Origin: Candidatus Methylomirabilis limnetica
Lineage (GTDB): Bacteria; Methylomirabilota; Methylomirabilia; Methylomirabilales; Methylomirabilaceae
NCBI RefSeq assembly: GCF_003044035.1
Contig: NZ_NVQC01000024.1
Span: 1 to 32,000 of the forward strand
DNA length: 32,000 bases
Direction: 5' to 3'
Numbering within the stretch: position 1 is the first letter of the stretch; each line of letters opens with the position of its first letter. The position numbers and the translations under genes are program-made. Below are positions 25,766-32,000 of this stretch, one piece after another. The notes beneath the pieces were generated by a model. It made no database searches, was not told where the DNA came from, and was given only the letters and a program-made list of their open reading frames with translations.

Positions 25766-26077
25766 ATGAAAATTACAAAGAGGAGCCTAGCTGCCTTGGT
25801 GATCGGAGCCCTGCTCCTGACCGGTCTTCTTGGCCTTGCACCGGACCCTGCATCGGCGAGGACAAATTTCCACTTCGGGCTGAACATGGGGATCCCCATG
25901 GCACCCTACCCCGGCTATGCGTACCCCTATCCGCCACCCAACGCTTATTATCCGCCGGTCCCGCACTACCCAGCCTATCCCCCTTGCGCGCGGATCTTTA
26001 TCCCAGGGTACTATGATGGCTATGGCAACTGGGTCTTTGGGTACTATCGGTACGATTGTGGATACTACGGCTATTAG
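25766..26077 (+). CDS. small secreted Pro/Tyr/Gly-rich protein
   Basis: GAGGAGG SD 8 nt upstream of the ATG at 25766. It has a signal peptide (LAALVIGALLLTGLLGLAPDPASA). The mature part is dominated by YP/PY and GYY repeats, with a PGYYDGYGNWVFGYY segment reminiscent of YxWGxW-repeat proteins, and contains two Cys. Confidence 0.6.
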   Translation: MKITKRSLAALVIGALLLTGLLGLAPDPASARTNFHFGLNMGIPMAPYPGYAYPYPPPNAYYPPVPHYPAYPPCARIFIPGYYDGYGNWVFGYYRYDCGYYGY

Positions 26078-26152
26078 GGCGAGTAGACTGCGCCGGCCAT
26101 ACTCAAGGTGTCACTCGACAGCCAAACCGTAACGTCGTCACGGGAGGTTACT

Positions 26153-26710
26153 GTGAAACGCGCTATTGCTTTTGTCGCATTGGCGGTTGCCCTTTCGGGA
26201 TGCGCCAGCCTTGCGATTCGTCCCTGCGATTCGGTTGGAACTCGTGACTCCAAGTATGCCGCGCGGTTCTTTCTTGGCATCATTACCCTCGGCATTTCTG
26301 AGTCCGGCATTCAGCATGAGCAGCTTCTCGAAGCCAGTGAGGGATGGCGCTTCTGCCCACCGCCGGTTGCCTGGCAGGGCCCGCCACCGGCCATGGGTAC
26401 GCCCAGAACGTCTGGGATGCTGGTCAACGCCACCAAATGGACCATCAACGTATATCTGGACGTTGACCCGGACATCGCCGGGATTCCACCTCTTCTGACT
26501 ATTCGACCAGGCGAATCACGTCAACTCGCGCTAATTGCCGGGCCACACCAAATCGTGGCCAGGACGATCGCGGAGACCGCTGCAGGGGCGGCGCCCGTCG
26601 GGCGCTACGAGCGGCGGATCCAGATCGACCCAAGGGATAGAAGCTTTCGCCTTCAGCTTTCCGAAGAGGACTTCAAGCAGATATTATTCAGTCCAGCAGA
26701 AGGCAGGTAA
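26153..26710 (+). CDS. hypothetical lipoprotein
   Basis: GTG start with GGGAGG 5 nt upstream. Lipobox VALSGC after a hydrophobic segment. I recognise no family. Confidence 0.6.
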   Translation: MKRAIAFVALAVALSGCASLAIRPCDSVGTRDSKYAARFFLGIITLGISESGIQHEQLLEASEGWRFCPPPVAWQGPPPAMGTPRTSGMLVNATKWTINVYLDVDPDIAGIPPLLTIRPGESRQLALIAGPHQIVARTIAETAAGAAPVGRYERRIQIDPRDRSFRLQLSEEDFKQILFSPAEGR

Positions 26711-26818
26711 CCCCAATGCCTCCGTAGCAACCACCGTCTTCAATGAATGACTAATCTCCTCGGGAAGTATCCCAGCCCTCGATTAGGAGTATCGGGAGCT
26801 TTTCGGATGATTCACCAG

Positions 26819-27184
26819 CTACTCGGCGAGATCCGTCTTCCCGGCTTCGAAAGGAAAATGGGGCTGGTAGATCGGGCGATAACCTTCCGGAACCGGGAAC
26901 GTGAAGGTTACCACCTCGTAGACCCCGGCCAGAGTTCGCGCAATCCCCCAGCTCAACCCCTCCAAGACCCCAACCGTCAGGCCGTACAGTGGTCCATCCT
27001 CAAGGGTATCGTAGTAGATCGTCTTCGGTACCTCAACTACGACGCCAAGCCCAGCATTTGTCAGCCCGCGGACCGCCTTCTGAGCAAATCGTGGCGCACC
27101 TGACTCATCCGCGAAGACATCCGTGAATGGTCCGCTCCCCACCACTAGTCCCAAGACCGCCATTCCCAGCAGCTTGATTTTCAT
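26819..27184 (-). CDS. exosortase system-associated protein, TIGR04073-like
   Basis: 121-aa protein with a signal peptide and the pattern KAVRGLTNAGLGVVVEVPKTIY...GPLYGLTVGVLEGLSWGIARTLAGVYEVVTFTFPVPEGYRPI. This matches my recollection of this small-protein family. No search was run. Confidence 0.6.
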   Translation of the reverse strand: MKIKLLGMAVLGLVVGSGPFTDVFADESGAPRFAQKAVRGLTNAGLGVVVEVPKTIYYDTLEDGPLYGLTVGVLEGLSWGIARTLAGVYEVVTFTFPVPEGYRPIYQPHFPFEAGKTDLAE

Positions 27185-27227
27185 CGCTCCTCCATTAGAA
27201 TCACGCCCTTGTTCTAAAACACTATCT

Positions 27228-27436
27228 GTAACTACTCGGATGTTTAGGCTGAAGGCTATAAATTATTATCTCGCAAGGCACGAATCAAGCTATCCAAGAC
27301 CTTCCCGGTTGCTAAGACCTTTGGTTCAAGTAGAGCTTAATCCTCGTTGGGCAAGAAGCCCAAATGCTTTGACAATTTTAGTTGATAGCGCAGTTAGCTC
27401 TGATTATCCCTAAAAGCCTTCAGCCTTCAGCCGATA
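27228..27436. mobile_element. MITE family A copy, right end degraded
   Basis: The left end GTAACTACTCGGATGTTTAGGCTGAAGGCT, the internal core CTCGCAAGGCACGAATCAAGCTATCCAAGAC and the right arm TTATCCCTAAAAGCCTTCAGCCTTCAGCC are colinear with 3301-3523. No target duplication was found. Confidence 0.65.
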
Positions 27437-27495
27437 CCGACCACGATACGATCATCGCCGATTCGGAATTGGAATTCGTTGTTCGATTGTATTCG

Positions 27496-27909
27496 CTAAG
27501 CAGCATTGAGGAATTTGAACACATACAGCGAGGCGGAAGTCCCGACGATGATAACGTCGCCGTCGTCCAGGCGTTTTTCACCTCCGGTTCTATTCTTACC
27601 GATGATCGCGCCTTCGAGAAGGGTGCCACAGGCGCTTCCACGGTCAACCAGAAAATGATCCTCTCCACGCAATTCTATCTGGAAGTGTTCCCGCGATACG
27701 TTAAGGAGCGGACCCGGATCTCGCAGATACACGTCGTTATTTGGTTCTGAGTGGGCAGCGCGCCTGCTATCGGCAAATTGCGTCGGTATGCCCCGACGGC
27801 TTTCGCCGCCGACACGGAATGGGTAGCGGGGAATCTGGAACATCTGTTTTCCGAGGCAGGCCTTTGCCTCCGGTGTAAGGGCTTTGAGGAATGCAGATTT
27901 CTCGCTCAT
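27496..27909 (-). CDS. FHA domain-containing protein
   Basis: FHA hallmarks FRVGG..., NVSREHFQI, DRGSACGT and DGDVIIVG. I chose the ATG at 27909 (AGGAG 6 nt upstream) over the ORF start at 27966. Confidence 0.7.
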   Translation of the reverse strand: MSEKSAFLKALTPEAKACLGKQMFQIPRYPFRVGGESRRGIPTQFADSRRAAHSEPNNDVYLRDPGPLLNVSREHFQIELRGEDHFLVDRGSACGTLLEGAIIGKNRTGGEKRLDDGDVIIVGTSASLYVFKFLNAA

Positions 27910-28071
27910 CGACGACTCCTTCGGTTGAATATACGTATCGGCTGCGCGTGGAGTAGGCTGCATCATCTTTTACTCCCCTTCCACCTGTTAATCGCTATTC
28001 GCGGTCATTCATCGTTCGTCTTTAGGGGATAAACCATCGATCACCATCATTCGGGGGGGGTTACCTTCGGC

Positions 28072-29049
28072 TCACGTGCGACTGGCTGAGTCTTGCGCTA
28101 CCTTTACCTGCGCCTGGATCCACGAATAGGTACGAGCGATCCCTTCCTCAAGCGACACCTTGGGCTTCCATCCGAGCGACGCGATACGCGCCTTGCTGAA
28201 ATTACGGGCCTGCACTCCCACAGGGCCTGGTACGTACTTGATGGTCATGCGCTTGCCGGATGCCTCGATCACCGTCCGCACAAGATCGGCCACCGTCGCC
28301 CGATCCTCTCTTCCCAGGTTTACGGGGTCGCCCAGATCCGAGTGCATCAGCGCGAAGATCCCGTCCACCAGATCGTCGACATAGGTGAATACCCGGATGG
28401 CCGTCCCTTCGCCCCAGACCTCGATGGTCCCATGGTCCTCCGCCTCGGCGACCTTGCGACAGAGGGCTGCCGGCGCTTTTTCGCGGCCGCCGGTCCAGGT
28501 CCCCTCCGGGCCGTAGCAGTTCTCGAAGCGAGCGATGCGCACGTGCATGGGGTGCCGGCGCCCGTAGGCCATTGCCACCCGCTCGGCGTAGAGCTTCTCC
28601 CAGCCGTATTCGTTATCCGGGTTGGCCGGGATGGCGTCGTCCTCGGTCACGGGCGGCTCATCGGGCTGCATGTCCCGGTAGATGCATACTGAGGAAGAGA
28701 AGAAGTAGCGGGCCACCCCCGCCTCGGCAGCGGCGTGAGTCATGTGGATGTTGATCAGGGCGTTGTTGTGCAGCACCTCGCACTCCGAGACGGAGATGAA
28801 GCCCATGCCACCCATGTCGGCAGCGAGTTGGTAGACCTCATCGAAGCTCCCGCCGTCTGACAGAGTCAGGGCCGTCCGGCAGTTCTGGGGGTCGCGCAAG
28901 TCCAGCAGCCGGAACGCATCGGCCTGGGTGGGCGCAAACTCGTGGGGCTTGCTGTCCACGCCGCGCACCCAATAGCCCTCGCGCTTAAGCTTCTTCACCA
29001 AGTGCCCACCGATGAACCCACCGGCACCGCAAACTAAGGCTCGCTTCAT
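28072..29049 (-). CDS. NAD-dependent epimerase/dehydratase, GDP-mannose 3,5-epimerase-like
   Basis: Extended SDR with GAGGFIGGHL and catalytic YGWEK. Overall similarity to the GME family is from memory. I chose the ATG at 29049 (AGGAG 9 nt upstream). Confidence 0.85.
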   Translation of the reverse strand: MKRALVCGAGGFIGGHLVKKLKREGYWVRGVDSKPHEFAPTQADAFRLLDLRDPQNCRTALTLSDGGSFDEVYQLAADMGGMGFISVSECEVLHNNALINIHMTHAAAEAGVARYFFSSSVCIYRDMQPDEPPVTEDDAIPANPDNEYGWEKLYAERVAMAYGRRHPMHVRIARFENCYGPEGTWTGGREKAPAALCRKVAEAEDHGTIEVWGEGTAIRVFTYVDDLVDGIFALMHSDLGDPVNLGREDRATVADLVRTVIEASGKRMTIKYVPGPVGVQARNFSKARIASLGWKPKVSLEEGIARTYSWIQAQVKVAQDSASRT

Positions 29050-29062
29050 GCTTTGCATCTCC

Positions 29063-29152
29063 TTTTCTATCTGGTCTATCTGGTCTGTTTGGTCTATCTG
29101 GTCTGTTTGGTCTATCTGGTCTGTTTGGTCTATCTGGTCTGTTTGGTCTATT
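29063..29152. repeat. tandem nonamer array (TGGTCTATC / TGGTCTGTT alternating, 18-nt period, about 4.5 periods), repeat family F
   Basis: Nine phased 9-mers at 29072-29152 plus a partial unit. The array fills the whole gap between the four-helix-bundle gene stop (inside the last unit) and the epimerase RBS. Confidence 0.9.
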
Positions 29153-29510
29153 TGGTGCGGAGGTACTTGAGTAGGCCTGAGATGATCATGGCCGTTTTGT
29201 TGGCCTGGGTGTACATGTCATCAAATTGCTTCTGATCGACGTACCCTTGATCGACGGCGATGTAGAGGTGACTCTGCACTTCGGCGGCGGAGGACATGGC
29301 GATGAATAAGAACTGGATGAATTCTTTATCTGAACGGCGGATGAACCCTTCTGCAATATTGGCCATCACTGACGCCGCTGCTGCCTGAATCTGTCCTGAC
29401 AGCCGGAGGTCTTTCTTAAAGGCCCCATCCCGGGTGGCCGCGTAGACCGTCCGGACCAGGCTTCTTGCCTCCTGCCAACACTCCAGGTCTTCGAAGCGGG
29501 TGAGTTTCAT
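29148..29510 (-). CDS. four-helix-bundle protein (23S rRNA intervening-sequence protein family, PF05635/TIGR02436; Avd-like)
   Basis: 120-aa ORF MKLTRFEDLECWQEARSLVRTVY...SVMANIAEGF.R.S.KEF..FL.IA.SSAAEV...L. These are the characteristic motifs of this family. Confidence 0.85.
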   Translation of the reverse strand: MKLTRFEDLECWQEARSLVRTVYAATRDGAFKKDLRLSGQIQAAAASVMANIAEGFIRRSDKEFIQFLFIAMSSAAEVQSHLYIAVDQGYVDQKQFDDMYTQANKTAMIISGLLKYLRTK

Positions 29511-29515
29511 GGCTC

Positions 29516-29577
29516 ATTTGGTCTGTTTGGTCGGTGACGAGATAGACGGAATAGACGAAATGACCAGATAGACCAGA
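29516..29577. repeat. repeat family F units forming an imperfect hairpin upstream of the four-helix-bundle gene
   Basis: The direct units are TTGGTCTGT TTGGTCGGT (29516-29534). Inverted units GATAGACGGAATAGACGAAATGACCAGATAGACCAGA lie at 29541-29577. GGTCTGTTTGGTC pairs with GACCAGATAGACC at 11 of 13 positions. Confidence 0.7.
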
Positions 29578-29586
29578 GAGTAGCGC

Positions 29587-31122
29587 TCATGGGAAATCCG
29601 AGCGCGTCGAGGCGCTAGCCTGCGGACGTCTGAGGAGAAGGAGCCTTGACGCCAGCGCCAACAGGAGGACGAAGAGGATCGCGTTCGCGAGGAGGTGGAG
29701 GTTAAAGTCGAAGGCGCTATGGACCAGCATGGCCACAAGCCCGGCCAGCAGACCAAGTCCGATTCCCCGTGTGTGCGTTCCCTCATGCCGGGACCACCCG
29801 TTCAGCAACTGTATCCCGCCCCACAGCAATGCCAGCGCAAGGATAGCCATCAAGGGCACCCCCCCTTCGGCGAACGCCTGCAGGTAGTCGTTATGGGCGA
29901 AGTCGTACTCGTCCTGATCGACGAGAGGCCCCTTGTAGAGCGGAAAGGCCCAGATGTAGGTATCAAGACCGGTGCCGCTCCAGCGAAAGTCATGGCCCAG
30001 ACGCAACGTATCCTGCCAGATGAGAACGCGACCGTGGAAGGAGGGATCGTCGGTCCCGAGCTGGATAATCGCGAAAGTCTGCAGGACCCTATCCGGGTTC
30101 AGCCAGAAGGCATACGTCAGTCCCAACGCCACAAACGAGACCAGCATTCCCAATAGCTGCTTGCTGCGTAACCGCCGGGACGAGAACAGGACGGCCATGA
30201 AGAGGATGGAACAGAAGAAGCTGAACAGTCCTGCCCGTGATCCGGTCAGCAGCAGGGCCACAGACATGATGAGCCCCCCAAAAAAGGCGAGCAGTGATCG
30301 GCTCGCCTGGGGGGTGCCCCAATGAAGTAACCGGCTCCGCCAGTCCCATGTACCATCGGATATCGGCCGTCTGTTCGCCACGATATAGCCGATAGTCAGA
30401 GGGATCACCATCTCCATGTAGCCGGCAAAGTGATTGCGATTGACGTATGGGCCAAAGAGGCTGCCTCCCTGGGTGAGCTCCCGAACCCAGTACAGCTTCC
30501 CGTTCCCGGCGAAATGCTGAATTATTCCGAAGAGGGCCAACCCGAACCCTGTAGTCATCACGACGCGAACAATTCGATCGACCTGGTCACGGGTCTGCAG
30601 GTGGCTCACGGCAACCCAGAAGACGAGCGCTAAGGCCAGCATTCGCACAAGCGCCTGTCGGGTTGCGTACGGCACAAGCGAGAGCGTGTGCCATGAGGCT
30701 GCGAGATGGCTGTCAAACTCCATTTGCTGATAGATGGCAGCGGCCTTTGGCGAGATGAGGCGGATCACCTGAAGCGGAAGCGGGATCACCTGAAGCAGCC
30801 CAAAGATCAGGACCAAGAGCCAACAGAGGTTCATGGCCGTTCGCTCGATTCGGATTCCGCCATCGCTCAGCATGGCGAGTCCCCACACGAGCGCGATCGT
30901 GAAGATCATCACCTCTGCAATGGCAATCGACCAGAGCTCGACGGTCCCGAAGGCCAGTGGCGTGAGGACGATCAGACCATACAATCCGACCTCGACGAAG
31001 CGGTCGGCCATGAGAGCATATCGGAGCTTGATAAGCTTCCATGGTGAAAGGGCAGGGCTATCGATCGAGGGGGGAGGGGTGGGGAGGGGGTGCAATGTCC
31101 GGGCTTTCATGTCCATGGGCAC
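29587..31122 (-). CDS. O-antigen ligase / polymerase family (Wzy_C-like) membrane protein
   Basis: 511-aa polytopic membrane protein with the periplasmic-loop motif FAHNDYLQAFAEGG typical of O-antigen ligase family proteins. It starts 3 nt after the NusG-like gene stop. Confidence 0.75.
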   Translation of the reverse strand: MPMDMKARTLHPLPTPPPSIDSPALSPWKLIKLRYALMADRFVEVGLYGLIVLTPLAFGTVELWSIAIAEVMIFTIALVWGLAMLSDGGIRIERTAMNLCWLLVLIFGLLQVIPLPLQVIRLISPKAAAIYQQMEFDSHLAASWHTLSLVPYATRQALVRMLALALVFWVAVSHLQTRDQVDRIVRVVMTTGFGLALFGIIQHFAGNGKLYWVRELTQGGSLFGPYVNRNHFAGYMEMVIPLTIGYIVANRRPISDGTWDWRSRLLHWGTPQASRSLLAFFGGLIMSVALLLTGSRAGLFSFFCSILFMAVLFSSRRLRSKQLLGMLVSFVALGLTYAFWLNPDRVLQTFAIIQLGTDDPSFHGRVLIWQDTLRLGHDFRWSGTGLDTYIWAFPLYKGPLVDQDEYDFAHNDYLQAFAEGGVPLMAILALALLWGGIQLLNGWSRHEGTHTRGIGLGLLAGLVAMLVHSAFDFNLHLLANAILFVLLLALASRLLLLRRPQASASTRSDFP

Positions 31123-31125
31123 ACG

Positions 31126-31626
31126 TCACACCGCGACCACGTCATCGGCATCGATCTCAACCGATGCGCCTTGGCAAATGAGGCTGATAGCGATGACGAG
31201 ACGCGCTCTGGTGGCCTTCCTAACCAGGAACCCACGGAGGCCATGGAGGGGGCCGCGTCGTACCTCGACCGGCATCCCAGGCTCAAGGAAAGGGTATGGA
31301 TCAACGGGGAGGGTGCTGGTGACCAGGCGTCGCACTCCCTCGATCTCGGCCTCGGCGATAGGCACGTCGTGGCCGCCCACTGCCAGCACCTCTACGACAC
31401 CAGGGGCACTCACTACTCGTACCCGATCCTGCCAGGCGAAGCGTACGAAGCAATAACCGGGGAACAATGGGAATTGGACCTTCACCGTACGGTCTTTCCA
31501 TCGACTCCGCCGATCGATGAGCGGAAGAAACGCTTCGATGCCTTGGCGATCGACCTGAGCCCACACTCGTTTCTCATGCCGGGAGCGGGTACGGAGCGCG
31601 TACCACTGCGGAACCGTCACCATCAT
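31126..31626 (-). CDS. NusG-like transcription antiterminator (UpxY/RfaH-type paralog)
   Basis: It has an NGN domain (WYALRTRSRHEKRV...FPLFPGYCFVRF) and a KOW-like C-terminus (PGMPVEVRRGPLHGLRGFLV). It is the first gene of a glycan-type operon. Start ambiguous (GTG 31638, ATG 31626/31623). Confidence 0.8.
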   Translation of the reverse strand: MMVTVPQWYALRTRSRHEKRVWAQVDRQGIEAFLPLIDRRSRWKDRTVKVQFPLFPGYCFVRFAWQDRVRVVSAPGVVEVLAVGGHDVPIAEAEIEGVRRLVTSTLPVDPYPFLEPGMPVEVRRGPLHGLRGFLVRKATRARLVIAISLICQGASVEIDADDVVAV

Positions 31627-31746
31627 ACCTCCAGCCACCGCTTCGCCATCTTATTTGCAGGGCACGATCGTTGGGCTAGTCAAAAAATGCTAAATGGCTT
31701 CAACGTTACTGAAATCTATCAGGCTGATCCATTATATTGGCTATAT

Positions 31747-31774
31747 ATTATAATAGGTTACTATCTAGCGTCAA
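31747..31774 (-). promoter_or_regulatory. near-consensus sigma70-type promoter upstream of the NusG-like gene
   Basis: On the minus strand: TTGACG (31774-31769), 16-nt spacer, TATAAT (31752-31747). It sits in an AT-rich patch about 110 nt upstream of the start codon. Confidence 0.4.
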
Positions 31775-32000
31775 ATATAATGTGGAGAGTCAATACCAGA
31801 GATTGACAGCGCAATCCATCAATCCCCCCTACCCTATTATCACAGGATGATGAGGGGAGATTTGGTAAGATATGCTTCAGACGCCGTATGTGATGGGGGT
31901 GGTGCGGGAGTGCATATCGAGGGGATTCGAAACCTGGATCACTTCACGTGATGGGAGGATCAGGCAGGTCAGCTTGTTGCCATAGACACAGGCCGTATCG

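Noticed and set aside
29063-29152. Regular short repeats that could be mistaken for a CRISPR array
   Set aside because: The units are contiguous 9-mers (18-nt period) with no spacers, far shorter than CRISPR repeats, and no cas genes are present. This is a tandem repeat.
29053-29235. 60-aa plus-strand ORF (LVYLVC repeated)
   Set aside because: It is simply the translation of the 18-nt tandem repeat and is antisense to the four-helix-bundle gene end.
29148-29510. Diversity-generating retroelement, because the gene is Avd-like
   Set aside because: There is no reverse transcriptase gene and no template/variable repeat pair in this window. The flanking repeats are short-period tandem units, not TR/VR.
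30833-31806. 207-aa and 238-aa plus-strand ORFs opposite the ligase and NusG-like genes
   Set aside because: They are antisense to genes with clear family signatures, and their translations are Arg/Ser/Thr-rich and non-protein-like.
31915-31950. tRNA-like T-loop string (GGGGATTCGAAACC)
   Set aside because: No complementary T-stem, acceptor stem or anticodon arm can be drawn around it.

Overview
This window is mostly core genome from a moderately GC-rich bacterium; GC was judged by eye and taxon was not determined. I saw no rRNA, tRNA, CRISPR array, transposase or integrase.

Gene content, left to right:
- trxA and a secreted GlcG/DUF336-like protein.
- A plus-strand block: rnc, smc, ftsY, ribD, ribE, ribBA, ribH, nusB.
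- A minus-strand block: yceD, rpmF, plsX, fabH, fabD, fabG, acpP, fabF.
- A minus-strand block: sucC, sucD, ndk.
- A small plus-strand operon: DEDD exonuclease, SAM methyltransferase, DUF151 nuclease with an N-terminal signal-like segment, M28 peptidase.
- An envelope/polysaccharide-type accessory region at about 25-32 kb: a Pro/Tyr-rich secreted protein, a lipoprotein, a TIGR04073-like exosortase-associated protein, an FHA protein, a GDP-mannose-3,5-epimerase-like SDR, a four-helix-bundle (23S rRNA IVS / Avd-like) protein, an O-antigen-ligase-like membrane protein and a NusG/UpxY-like antiterminator.

The unusual aspect is the repeat load, not the genes. At least six families of small hairpin-forming repeats or MITE-like elements fill nearly every long intergenic gap. 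Several have arms built from short-period tandem units:
- heptads GCTGAnn / GGCTGAA
- heptads GTTCAAn
- nonamers TGGTCTRTY

Two copies of one MITE have clean 9-bp target-site duplications. Elements also affect genes directly:
- they rewrite the C-termini of rnc and sucC;
- one sits in-frame inside the smc hinge region;
- one duplicates the ribD start codon;
- nonamer repeats bracket the four-helix-bundle gene as an apparent inserted cassette inside a glycan operon.

All repeat comparisons were done by eye, with no alignment software.
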